The notes under the pieces were generated by a model, which was not told the origin of the DNA, made no database searches, and worked only from the letters and a program-made list of their open reading frames with translations. Shown one piece after another: positions 24,801-38,700 of a stretch of DNA of 64,000 nucleotides (its first letter is position 1; the number at the start of each line of letters is the position of its first letter). The stretch lies in assembly GCA_965285935.1 (NCBI GenBank), contig OZ260662.1, positions 28,210,001 to 28,274,000 of the forward strand, given 5' to 3'. Made by a program: the position numbers and the translations under genes. This DNA comes from Ophelia neglecta (taxonomy: Eukaryota).

Positions 24801-27800
24801 GAATCGAAACAAAATGATACAGATTTGTTTTATACATTCAGCAACATCAAATACAATATTATTACTGATTTAAATCAATATAATTTTTTGTGACTTTTAT
24901 TCGTTGTTTTCCGTGTAAAAACCTTTGTAAACAAGAAGTTCCATGTAACCTAGTCTATAGTTAAATCGTACCGATTTAGTCCTATATTCTTCTGACCGCA
25001 CGCCTTTAACTAGCTGCTGATATATAAGTTTGGTGGCAACCTCGTCAAAGGAGGGGTCATGCCAGGGGGTGAATAGTTCCTTTCGAAAGAACAGCCGCCA
25101 GGGGGCGTCCTCCTCTTTGGCGCCCTTGGCCCTCACCACTTGTTCGCACTCTGAGATGGCGTCCATGACATGGTCCAGTCCGCTCCCCAGAGACGACACC
25201 TGGAAGACGATAACCGGAAACCAGTGAGAATCAAGTAATTAGAAAAACCAGTAGTACTTATAAAAGACATGTCTACTCTTCAGTATCAGTTTGTTAGAAA
25301 ATCATGTTAATTCTGTATACATAACAGTGGCGGATGTAGGGGAGAGGGGGGGGGGGGGGCTTTGCCAAAAAGTGGGCCTGGACCAGCGCTCATTTCTGGA
25401 CCCGCGCAAGGTGGTTTCAGACGGTTGGTAACAGGGACAATCCAGACATTTGCCTTGTCAACCTTGGAAAGATCCCCCCCCCCCTCCCCCTTCCTGAAAT
25501 CTTGGACCGCCACTGCATAATCATTCACCTAAATGGAAGGTCTTATTTCATTCCTAGACTTGATCAACCTTGGGCTTAATACACTTTTGCATTATATTTC
25601 CTGTCTGTTGCATAGAGTTATCACTTTGCGTTATGTGATTCTTACTATCTATATAGGTACGTTTTTTTCGGTCCAGTACACATTATGGCTTTGCACCCAG
25701 CACACTGCACATGGACATATTTTGTGTTAGTGCCTAATCTCATGACACAGGACTATATTTAATCTCAAATCTAAACTCGTCTTTGTTTTAATGTTACTGT
25801 TCTATAGTGCAGAGCATGTAGGCCTATATCTCAGTTATAGACACAAAACCACAAAGAATGGGAAACCAGACTCAAGACAAGTCCTAACTGGGCTAGTAGA
25901 CCTATACCGTTTTTAATTACAAATCGGTTCTACGGAATAACCTATATATACTACATATATACCCAAATACACAGGCTACAAACAAGAAATTCTTATGGAT
26001 AGGCCTCCATGTAACTATCATTGTAGGCCAACGAGTACATGCAGTTTCAGCCCAAGGATTTCATTTATATTTGAAAAAAGTATGTACTCTTTTAATTTAA
26101 ACATGCAGCTATACTCCTTCAGTCCGTTTTAAAAATGCCTTTAATAGGTTTTTCTGAGCTTGTGGCACTTAGCAGGTTTGAATTTGTTTTCTTGAAATGC
26201 ATTTTTGGCATCAGTCACATTTCTTATTGTTTGCTAAATGTTATAAAGGCTCATATTAATTGATTATCGGAATGGTTTTAACTCTGACCCAGTTTCCTAT
26301 TTTTTTGATATTGGTTGCGCTTTACCTTGTCGTATATACAAATGTATATTGAGAAGCCGAACGTGTCTTTGAGACCGCGCATGGTGGCAAGTTTGTGGCA
26401 CATATCTGAGGCTGTGGTGGCCGAGTCTGCCTCAACCGACTCGACTTGACCGTCCGCGAACGCTACGGGTAACATCACATACTTCCTCATCTTAGTCGCC
26501 TGAAAAAGTCAATATTTACTCCAAAATTATTATGGCATATAAAAATATGTGGTTGGTCCGATTGAACAACATTTGACAATACAATCAGCAAGAATTATAC
26601 TCGAGAATTGAAAGATTTCTCGTTGATGAATGTTTACCTCTAAAACTTGTTTGTATATCAATTTAATTACAGATTCGGAAACTTTGCAACTTCATCGTAG
26701 CATGTAAATGGTCTATTATTCTGTAAATTTATTGAAAAAACTAGGGGGGGGGGGAGGGGGCGATTGCTATTATCAATTATGGGTAAACCTCAATTCCGAG
26801 TACTTGTGTAGCTTTCCAGTAACGTTAAGGGGTACCAACGCTCCTTTTGGTGAATTTGGACAGACGTTAACATTAAGCCTCGATCAATAGACCAGGATTT
26901 TTTCTGTCCTGTATCTTTGTCCGTTTCTTTCGAAACATGTAACAGCGCCCTCTACCACCTCACCTGATACTCCAGCCAGTTCGGTGGGTGATATCGCATT
27001 CCGTTACCCGACGTTCTCCGCAGTATCCTTCTTGTATAAATGGCATAATCTCGATAGTCGACAGGAGCGTCTTTTAAAAAGCACTTTAGGTACTTTGACA
27101 GCTGGTCGGTAGGTAGATAGCACCCGGCACAGAGGGCGAGCAACATCCAACCCCGAGAACAGCTCTCTGGGTTGGGGTTCTTTTGTACCTGTTTACAAAT
27201 CTGACAAAATATTTCGTCCCTGGAATAGAAAAGGTAACGTTTACAGATATGGTTTGTAGTTCAATGACTCATTCAATGTTGGACCTTATCTCAGCACACT
27301 ATAAGTTCTTTCACAAGAAACAAAACTAACGTTATCTGTGAAACTGTATGCTACCCAATTTTTAGGCCAATTAAATGACCTTACATGATAAATAATATAG
27401 TTTGTTGCAGGGACGATTCAACAAAGGAACAGACAGTCAATGCATAGAAAGCCCAAAAGGAACACATTTTTTCATGTTTCAATATTGAATGTTTCTTTAC
27501 TAATCAGGTTCATCATTATTATGAGTTCGGAAGAAATATGTAAATACAAAACTGACCGTAAGTCTCGTCGTAATATACCATGTCCAACGATATAGTGAAT
27601 TATATCCATTTCCCTACAGGGTACTCCGTTTGCTACTTCCGAAGGGTTATTACTGTAATCTAAATATGTGCCATTTTTGCCACCAGATGTCGTAGTAGTG
27701 ATACTACTATGATGTTGTAAATCATCATTCTTTTCTTTGTTTTTGTCTTTACCACTCTTGAATATTTTCTTCCAAGATTTTCTTTTTTCTACTTTGAATG

Positions 27801-30800
27801 GCACAAATTCTTTCTCTCCCTGAATTATAATTGAGACATTGTAAAGCTTGTTTTGTCGCCTAAAACATCAATAATTAAAACTAGTTTTGGTAGTATTGAT
27901 TGACTTATGAGAAACGAACATTCTTTAAACATATTTAGAAATCTGTATGTATATTAGTTATAATGGTTAACGTGTGTATCTATCCTTATACCTGGCCGTT
28001 GGCTGACCCAGCTGGTTGCTCCGTACCAGTACTACTATCACTACCCTGCCTGCTCCGCCGTTTTGAATAAGCCTCCAGTGCTCTGTAGATTTTTGTCATC
28101 ATGGGGGTTTTGTCCTGAAAACGAATTGGGCAGTAAAACTCAATATTCATAAATTCTAGCTATTTCTTCCACTTAAATGTTTAGGCCTAACATGCATTTC
28201 GCAAAGCATCCCACATTTATCTATAGATCTATGCTGGCCTATTATTACTAAAATGCCCTTTAAATTAAAACAGTTGAGAGCTCAAACAAAAGGGCCTATC
28301 AACACGTTTACCAAACTTACTAACGTTACGTGAGAGAGGAACCATTACCCTCGAAGACACACAAACCTCTACTATGTAGTTTTCTGAGCTAAATACCATC
28401 AACGATAATACCTAGCCTTCTTTTAAGAAAAAGACTATATCATACCCTAGGCCCGGAGTCTGTGGGGGTGGGGATGTCTCCCATAAACCTTTGTACAGCA
28501 ATCCATACAGCCAAGGCTGCCTACAAAACAACAGGTTGGTGGTATGCATTGAAAACCTATCAGGGTTTTAAACTTGCTGTCATGTTCGTTATTTAAATTA
28601 ATGATTATAATACGACGGGTTTTAGCGGTTGGTTCGATATAAAGGAATTTCAGTCAATTACTGTTCACATCAACATAAATATTATTATAAATAAATCACT
28701 GACTTTTCCTTACCCACAATTAAGTTCAACATCTTACCTTTCGGTCAACATCTTGTTTTTTTGGAATCAATGGCTCTCGCAAAGGGTCTTTACTAAACAG
28801 AAATGTCTGTCCGTTACTGAAATTATTTTTACAAAATCTAGAAAGTTTAAACTGTCGTAGTGTGGCCTCTATTTCTTTCTCTGGCATTAATTCCAGCTCG
28901 TCTATTTCGTTGATTGCCTCTTCCCCGTGCAAGCCTATACTGGCCTTAAACTTCTCAGTCAGGCCCTCTTCATCCTCCTAAAATACGGAATGTGTACGTA
29001 ACTACTTTTTGAAAAAGGAACGAATAAATGTTTTACCAATATTGTTTAATATGAAATATACTAGTATAGGATGTATTAAAATGTAGGCAAATTTAAGTAT
29101 AAACAATTATCTTCAGAGGGTAATCAAACAGGTTTAGGACGTTCAGATACTTCCAATATATCATTGCCTTTCAATTACAAGGACAACCATAATGAGCCAA
29201 ATACATTTGTATTTCCCTCAGGTCACACGCCAAGTTGATGATTCAAGTTCAAAATGTACATAGCTTTTCAAACTATATTTACAATAACAAAGTCCAATGA
29301 AGGGCCTATTAATAGTAAATTCTACTTGTTAACCAAGATATCTTTGAGAAACATTTTTTCTTAATCATACCTACCGCGAGGAGGCCAAGTTTAACTCGGA
29401 AATCAGCATTAAGAGCGTCATCACTGTCCTGAAAAGAACCCAGTCTCTTTGTTTATGATTTTCTTCAAATCAATAATCTTTTATTTATGTCCAATACGCA
29501 ATTATAATGGCTTCCGTTTGCCAAAAAGGGCAAAAACAAGCATATTGGTACATATTTGTTGGCAGCGTTCCCAAGACTAAGCAAATGGAAAGGTGAAGCA
29601 AAGAGACGCATTTATTAATGTTGTAGGAGCGATGTTTTATATTATTTCATATTGGTCAACATATTGAAGAACGGCCAACATGGGTAAGCGACTTGCCAAA
29701 TAATAAGAGGGGTGTGGTCTTGTGACTGTTCAGGTAAGCCAACACTGACAACCACGAGAAGGTACTCGCGGTTTTGAAGAGGGCGTGTTCGCAGAATGCA
29801 GGAATCATTCGTTCTTCTATTGAAATGTCGTGTATGATTTGAAATCACCAGACTGACAGAATTTCTAAAGTGCGACAGGCATGAGTTTACTTTAAGCAAA
29901 TCAATCAAGTTTCAATAAGTGTACATAGTACATTATGACATTTAATCTAATTTCGGTTCCTCAGTAACACAGCCTTTTTAAATAGTTTCAATACATGCAT
30001 ATTATGGGTTTAACTCTTAAAAGACCACAAAAGAGGACAGAATTGCATTTTGTAAACAAATGTACTCATTTGCATTTTGAATTGGCATCTTTAAAGCAAG
30101 CTAAAGAACCGCTTGACATAAACAGAAAAACATCCGACATAGAAAAAAACTGAGGTATTGGCATGCATAATATCAGGCTTGAGTCGACTTATTTTGATCT
30201 TTGCAAACTGTGTTCGACGCTCGGATGATCGCTGTCATCGTTTAAAAATTATTAAACTAAGTTTGACACGTCAACAAATATGACATTATATTATTATATT
30301 CATTGTGCATTCCGACTGTGAAGTCGCTCATCTATCAGTACTAGTTGGCTAAACACGTACAATGTGACACGTTCAAGAAAAGAAATAAAATTGTGGGTGA
30401 ATCATTCATATGATTTTTCCTGTTCGCTGGGTGATTTTACCAAGGCAAGTCGACTTGGTGCCACCCTTTTAATGTGTAGCGGGCAAAAATATCATATCAT
30501 GTCTGGTAGTGATTTTGGTTTGACATTGATATGTATATAGAAATCATTAAACTGACGAGGATGCAATAATCAAAACAATTATCAACCAATCGCGGACAAG
30601 TACACGTATATGTGCCATGTTTGTTTAAACTGGTTAAGAGAATAAGACCAGGAAGGAGCAGGTTAAAATTATAATATAAATATACATTAACTGATGCATC
30701 ATTATTGTAATTATATCATTAAATGACTTATATACTACTAGAACGCATTCATTGTTAAACTTAATATAAATTATGTAAGATTGCCGACTGACACAATGTA

Positions 30801-32206
30801 CTCCAAATGTGCTTTTATAACATAGTTTTTTAAACCATTACACTTAGTGTTAAGTAGGAAATGAAAGTCTGGGATCATGGAGTTACAAAATAAGTCGTTG
30901 TGAATATAGAGGAGGTTAGAGCCAGACACACACACACATACACACACAACCCAGACTTAGAACATTAGGTCGTCTATTATCACTCACGTTTTCCGTTTTA
31001 ATCTGAATTTTTTTAGGGGGCACCTGTTCAACATAAAATACATAGTATATTATATAATACACATAATATTGCGTGGTCATCCCTGTAAAAAAAAGCCGGT
31101 GAATGCAATTTAATGCCCCAGTAACCAGCACAGTATCCATTTTTGCGCCAATGTGATAAACTTTCAATTTGTTTTCTTCTTCACGTGTTCACGTGTCTGT
31201 CATTCAGCTGGCCTTAAATATTAACAATAAAGCCACGACCCATTTAAATACCACTTAGACTGCGTGTGTAGATACGGTTCATTTATATTTACCCCAGTCT
31301 ACATCCCTTCTTTCATACTAAGCATTAAGCTGTATTTTCCAGGGTACTTGAATACGAATTCCAATGTCTATATTATTTTTGATAGAACCATAATTGAATG
31401 TGAAGTGAATTAAGTTTATTTGGTGTTACTTAATACATCACATCAATATTTACAAGGGAGCAATGAATATATAAATTAAGAGTAAGCATAAATATGTCTA
31501 TAGTAGCTCATGGCGTGATCCTAAATACGTTATAAAATGTCTAAAAATTATTGAGAATGATTCATCTAGATAGCCAAAGGTGGGATTCTCCTGGTGGAGG
31601 AGACAGTGGCCAGGTACTGATAATGTAACGTGAATAAATAAATCTCAGTTCAACACGTGACGTAATTTGAAAATGTGCAAGCGAGGAATTCAGGATTAAT
31701 GAAATGTAAACACAAAATATGATCATCAGATACGGGAAGCCAAGTTCCAGGCAGGGAGGGAGGCACCCCTAGTGAACACGAAAGCATCCTTAAATGGTCG
31801 CACCCTATATCGTCATGATCGTCTGGTTGGCTGGACACGCCTTGTCTAACCAGAGTATTATTTCTACAGGCTAAAACGTTGTCGAAACTTAAGAAATGTG
31901 GCTAATAATAGAAAGGAAATAGTTGAGGGAAAAGCAAACAAGCAAGTTTAAAGTCTTACAAGGGCAAAATTATAAATGATTGATTGCGTCAATGCACTTG
32001 GGTTTGTACTGAGGCACGCTGTTTTAAAAGACACACGTATTTCGGTATGTTCAGCTAGACGCAGGCATGTAGTTTACTATCACGCTAGTATGTATTTAAA
32101 CAGATACCATATTAGATGCCATATTAGAGCTTACCTCCAAACCGAAATGGAACACACCAGATTCTTCGGAACTGTTCGAGACACTGTCGGGGCAGGCTTC
32201 CGCCAT
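21881..32206 (-). CDS. Myosin-VIIa-tail-like MyTH4-FERM-SH3 protein A (about 795 aa), apparently motor-less
   Basis: 14 GT-AG coding exons in continuous frame (minus): 32135-32206, 29375-29428, 28738-28977, 28446-28520, 27992-28114, 27557-27819, 26964-27219, 26326-26499, 24972-25199, 24043-24323, 23559-23693, 22995-23164, 22475-22668, 21881-22003. Motifs [105 protein letters not shown] and the SH3 segments [26 protein letters not shown] match the recalled first MyTH4-FERM-SH3 of MYO7A. The first two exons are supported only by splice signals and phase. Confidence 0.9.
25325..25515. mobile_element. MITE, copy 1 of a dispersed family (CAGTGGCGG termini)
   Basis: TIR CAGTGGCGG...CCGCCACTG with CATAA on both flanks; collinear with and highly similar to 57902-58083. 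Confidence 0.8.
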
Positions 32207-32580
32207 TGTATGGATGAATTGTTACCGACACTTGACTGAGGGCCTATAACTTCATTTCGATAAAAATATCCCTAGGAAATTGTAATTATTCCGGCATCTC
32301 TTTAAGAACACACACTCACATACATACACACACAACCTTCATGTATATTTGGTTTTCTTCATGCTTTGCTTCACACATGCTTCGTCAATGGTTTGGAATG
32401 CCTGTCAATGGGGCTGACATACAAACTGCAGTCTTCAGCAAGGTGCAGTGTGATTTGGAAATGTTGTAGCTTGTCTAAGAAATAACAGTTACATCTTGTC
32501 GATTTTAGCCTCCGATGTCCACAATGATATTTGAACTATCCGTTCTGAAAACCCTACAACTCCCCTCCCTATAGTCTTAC

Positions 32581-32715
32581 GGGTCTAACCATACGTGTCT
32601 GTCCTAGGTAGAAGGCCTTTTCATGTGTTGATTGATAAATCTCGGGTAGTTTAGTTGTAGTCGTGATCGGGCACCTCCATTTATAGGCCTACTTGTTGCA
32701 CTGACGACGTGATTG
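32581..32715 (-). promoter_or_regulatory. Candidate TATA promoter and non-coding first exon of gene A
   Basis: TATAAAT at 32685-32679 (minus), donor GTAAGA at 32580, and acceptor TAG at 32244-32246 leading into the ATG exon. Confidence 0.4.
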
Positions 32716-35700
32716 CTCTCGATCAAATAAATTATTCCACGCGGTTGTTGGTGGTTTTCTCTTGCTGTCTGTGTACCAGAAAGACTGACTATTGCTGTCA
32801 GCGATAGTCTATCTGTCATGGCCGTATTATATGTTGATCTATGTGATCTACATAATCGACAATTCGACTATCCAATAGCCATGCATTGAACGATACCTTT
32901 CATGTTTGTCCCATTCACCCATGAAAAGCCGGTTCTTAAATACTACAAGCTTATAATCAATGCATTCAAGGACGTCAAATTATACTTATTGTCTTCTCTT
33001 ATTGCTAATTTATGTGTGCAGAAGTGGACTTTTTCCTCTGGGTCAGAAGCCCCAGGGTATTGTCCTCGGCTTATAGTATCAAAGCCAAAATGCATGCTAA
33101 ATGCGGCTTTGTACAAACTTTGTATGTATACGCCTTAAGAAAATAACATTAAGGTAATACTGTATATAAAGGTATCTGTAACGGGAAACATTGTATGGAG
33201 TGTATACTAAATATTTAATATATTTTTAGCGTAACCCAAAACATGACCTTCAAACTAGCCAAAGCAAGGTTGACGCGCAGTTTCTATTTTTGATTTTGAC
33301 TTCGAAACACAAAACTTTACAGCTAGGGCGTCGTTTAATAGGACTGATGATGTTGCTTTTGTTGGAATACCTTGGTGGGCTGTCAAAATTGCGCTTAAAC
33401 GACCTCAGCTCCTTTCTTACACAAGGCGACTAACCATTCTTCTTGCGTCCGTTATAAGAAAACATGTTCTGTTTATAGGGACCGCTGTTTACCTTTCAAT
33501 TTTAAAATTACAATTATAATTATGAAATGCAATCTGTGTTTAAAGGAATATAAATAATAGAAAAAGGATGTTGACTTACACAATGTTATTATATTTTGTT
33601 TGTTGATATTGGACCACGCTCGATTGTCAATGGTACTCCGAAAAGCGTAATAAATAATTGAAACACCAAATTTAGGTTCATATGTTTTATAATGTGTTTA
33701 GTACACCAGCAGCAAACTGCTGATTCGAAGCATAAAGGCCTAGCATATAAATTATGTGCTATAGGTAACAACATGGAAAGCTACAAGATTTATTGATTCT
33801 GATCCGCACATGCACAAAGCATTAATAGTGCATCATTTTAATAGCCTTCGAGCTTCACCCCTCACAACGTCTTTTGGTATGCATGGCTAATGTTCCATCA
33901 TAAATACACCTGCACCATCGAAGCAAATTAGTCCGCTACCTGTTTAGCTTCCTGTGGGCCTATTGAGTATGTTTTAAGGCTAATGTCTCTCGCTGGCTTA
34001 ATATGAAAAACGCAAGCGCGTTTGGGTATGGAATGCACGCCGTGTGTTTTTTAAGCTGTCCTGTCTGGTCGTCTGCCGAGGCTAACCGCCTTCAGAAGTG
34101 ATCGCGAGCTGATTGGTCACGTCTCGATCACTCTCTCATGTCCTCACACCATTAACCCTTGCCGGCAGGTGAAGCGATTAGAGATTATTCATCAAACAGA
34201 GGACAGTCTGACCGAGGACGTGAAAGGTGCTGTCCGAATGCAAATTAAACGAACTGATACAGTCCAAATTGTTGCAGCCGAGATGGAATTATGGAAATCG
34301 AAATTTCAGCCTAACTGTGCATAGGTGCAAAACTATTGTTTCTAATGTGCCTTGGAGAAACTTAACAAAAACAATCAGGTAAGACTTTTCGTACACTTCA
34401 GTCAGGCATAACCATACAAACAAGACCGGCTTGTCGTCTGCTAGTCTGTTTATTCACCGTAACATTTACATGCATTTCCAACCCTATTCACCGAGTCCAT
34501 GCCTTATCCAACGATGTCGGCATTTAGTATAAAATTATTTTCTCAAGCGGACAATTGGACTGTTGGAGTGGTCATGGGACTTTCTCATGAATGTCACATG
34601 AATATCGTCTGTACTGCATTAAAGGCATACAAGAAAATGCCGTGTATGAAAATAACTGTATGATGTCCAGTATAGGCCTATACAGAGCTGCTAATTTATA
34701 CTAGAGAAGCGCAACTTTAAGCTAACTGGAAATTCAAAATTGTTTCCTTACGCTTGATTACTTAATGATTTACCGATGCATGAAGACACACTGCCCTTTG
34801 TATTTCGTCTTATATTACATAATTATCCCTGTTTTGCTTATTCACTCAATAATTGGTAGTGTATCTTTCTGCCCAACAATTTCGCATGTAAAAAAATGGT
34901 ATAATTGTTATTTTTAGATATATTTATGGAAATAGTCTAGAATCTGATGCATATTTTGTACTCGGCGTAAACACATCTTTCTTCTCTTGCAACTGGAAAC
35001 GAAATTTTGGACAGTGCAGGAAACACATTCCTTCTGGTTCGATTTGAAAGCATTCCCGTATGAACGAAAACAAGACTTAAGACTATCATGTGATCTGTAG
35101 TGATAATCCAGGGTTCTATGTGCCTGAGGCCTACTGAACTCAATGGTCAGACATTGGTGAATATCATTCGTCTTGGATCAATTCCAACTCTTACTGCTTA
35201 ATATAAGTAGTCTATCGGGATGTGTACTCAGCTTGCTATAACTATATTTTATACATCTGAGACATACTATACTACTATAATATAAGTAGGCCAATATATA
35301 TTCATATTCAGATGCATTATATTATTTGGTCAAATAGAGTGTCAAATTTCATAAAGTTTACAACGCACACTACTTATAGACTAGGCCTTTATCAATAAAC
35401 TTGGTTGCATTGAAGCGGTATCAAATAGTCCACAGGCCAGTAAACCTCGAGTGATAGTCCCCTGAAACTGCTTAGCCAGAGGGACCTTAGCTACTACTAT
35501 TTCTTAAATTATAGCTTGTTTTCGATTTTTTCTCTGCACAATATGTAGTTGTCTGACGATAATTGCGAAAGGCCTATGGCGTAAACCAATTACAGTGAAA
35601 GATGATATTGTTTCAAAAGTGCAACTAAGTCGCTCATTCAAAGTCGGTCAAGGAATGGGTGATTGATAGACCACAATGCCCTGAAGCCCCAACCCTGGTC

Positions 35701-38700
35701 GGGGCACAGGGCATCCCGTCATAAAGTCAGATAGGGACAAACAAATCTTCACCTGCTGCTTAAGAAAGCTTGAACATTTATGTTTTTTTAAACGCACAGA
35801 TGGACCTAGTCGTACGCATCAAAATGTTGATTTAATCAGTTGTGTAGCTGTAGAATGTGTGTTGCTGGGGTGAAATAAAGAAACCAAACAAAAATAATCT
35901 GTCGTTCAGGCTGTAAAAAACAATTACCTTTACAACGTCTTACTTCAAATGGCCAACATACATTTTTATACCCTGCTGACAATATATCGTTTACATGATA
36001 TTTCCAAAACGCACCGAACTTGAACTTGCATTCCAGATATCCGAATGGAAATATGTTTCTACCATTTGCAAAGATAATGCTTTAAATCAGAATTCATCTC
36101 TTGTTGCACCTTCTCTAGGTAGTGCAAAGTCAGCATTATTGAAATTGTGCTTGAAACCTAACCCTAAAGGGACTTGCCACAAAATCCCCCTTTCACTCTA
36201 TAAGAGGTAAGGGGCATTTTAACCATTTGCAAGCAGAAAAAAGGGTGCTAGGCCTATAAGCATATACTCTTATAGCGCAACTACTTTCATTAATGATAGG
36301 ATGATTCGACAGATTTTATCACATTTATAAAGGAATTTGCTTAAACGTTGGCGTCAAAGTTTGCATTTTGTAAAGGATATGCACGCTGAGTTTCAGCAGC
36401 GAACCGCTTTTGAAGCTTTAAACTATGGGCCAGATTTTTCGCTGGAATGTCTTGAGGTCCTTCTGGACTTGATGAAAAACTTGACAGTGTGGGAAAACCG
36501 TTTTAAATTGATGAATCTTTGAACATTTCTACAAAGTTCTACCTTTGACATATTTATTTACTTGGCAATTCAAACATATTCCAGGTTAAGTTAACAAAAA
36601 ATAACTTACAACTACCCTAATGCAAAGAACCCAGTAACTTTTGGCCTTTTAGTGGTAAAATGACATGCTCGTGTGATACAAATAACAGTAGTCCTACACA
36701 TTTAACTATTAAAACTGCAGAAATATAGTATCTATGTACAAGATGAATCAGCGATTGTGCTATTCGGACTTGGCATTTGCATTACTTCCAGAAATGAGGG
36801 AAATACAACAGAAAGAATCGATGGGTCGAGTTATGAAAAAGTAGAAAATTGTTTCGCGAAGTAGAAATGTTTTCTTTCGATTATTTTGAAAGTATGTTAC
36901 CAGTCTTTACGATAAAGAACAATCAATAATTGCAAACAATATCATGCCTTTCATAAACGAATTCAGATTATTTTGTTGCTGTTCTGGTGAACGTTTGGCA
37001 GTGGACCTCATTTATATGCTCGACTGGTTGGGGTAAGCTGAATCTAACTTAAAGCGATGTTAAACGCTTTTGAAATATGTTGCCGCATTCATTGGGAACA
37101 AAAGCTTTTTATTAAATATGATATAGCGGATGGTTTTACCTGGTGAATGCCCCTTTCATCGGATCACAGCCATGACCCAGACTAGACGCTCCCCATCAAG
37201 ATTTCTAAGAATATGGCTTACCAGAACTCATACCGAAAATGCACCGTAATCGCAGGCCAATGACCCCACTGGATCGCATTGCATTTATTTTAAAAGACAG
37301 GAACGCTAAGTCCGTCTAGGATATTCTCTGGTGTATGTAGGTATTTTATTAATGAAATAGACTAGTCTTATAAACAAAAATTAAAAAAGTGAAAACCGGT
37401 CTTGTCAAATCCGAGCGTATAATCCAATTAACAGTGCATTTCAATATTTCTCTATACATATATATGGTATAGACTTTAAGTTGGAACAGATTGCGTTGGA
37501 TGCAGATATGTATTATATAATCCATTTGCTGTACATGTATACCTATAAACACACAGTTTCTCCCTGCTTATAGCATCCAGGATAAATAACCAACTAATTG
37601 AATAATTTTTGCAACAAAATATGAAGTTTCCGTTTCATCAGAATGACCCAAATATTACAACAGCAGCAGGGATCTGCTGAGAATAACTCTCTCCTACCCT
37701 GAAATATGTTGTGACGAACATGAAATGGCCATTACTCACCTTTTACAAGACCAAGAGAAGAAACTTCTGATGTACTTTAAAACATTCGAAACACTCAATC
37801 TTCAAAAAATAACGTTTTCTAAGCTAGGCAACTTTAACCTGTCAAATCATAGAGCCGAAAAGGTCCAAGAAAATTAACACAAGAAAGATTTTATTCGTAA
37901 AATCGTTTGATTGTTGGCTTACATATGCCCCCCCCCCCCCCCCCTACGCTTGCAAAAGGCATACGTATATAGAAGGAATGGGAATGCCATCCTTTAAACT
38001 ATGGCTATATAAGTTATGTGTTTCCAATACTATTTGGAATAATGAAATTTCAGACATTCGCTCAATTATTTTGTGAACTCCATAAGCCAGGGAAGTTATT
38101 AACTGTGCCTGCCAATTAAGTTATATCGCCAGAGAAGGACTCGGATTTTAGGCCTAATTTCATCGAGAAATGAAAGTCATCATTAAAAGCGTGTCATACC
38201 TGTAAGTGTACACAAACATGATGATGAGCTTTGTTACGTGAATTCTGTACACCGTCTACTTATTTTTGATAACTATCAGTAAATCAATGTGAATGTACTT
38301 TAGGCCTATATGGTCAGTATCATATGGTATCTCTTCTAGAAATATACTTATAGCCGCTTTTCACACCTGGGAAGTGTGCAATAGTAAGGACGTTCAGAGT
38401 TTTGGGTCTGTCCCAGTAAAACGGCGTTCCCCATTACTTTTTGTTCTATGAGTAGGCACCACAAGGGTGGAGATAAAGCTATCCAAATTTATTTTTTAAC
38501 AAAATTGGTCTACAGCTGTTAATTGCAAAATTAATCAATATATTATTTTGAAAGAAGTTAACGTTAATTTCTACTGCAGTAAACTTCTTGGAATTGTGTT
38601 TTCGGTACTTTCTGTATAACAGAGGTTCTTCCAATATTTATTTTCACTATTATTTTTTAATTTACCAAGCATATCCCGCAGCCTTATCTCACCAACACAA

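Noticed and set aside
25307-25528. Similar short ORFs at 25307-25528 and 57913-58116 suggesting a small gene family
   Set aside because: Both are translations of the same MITE family.
35640-35775. Segment resembling a SINE central domain (GGGCATCCCGTCATAAA)
   Set aside because: The match is too short and no Pol III A/B boxes or tail were identified.
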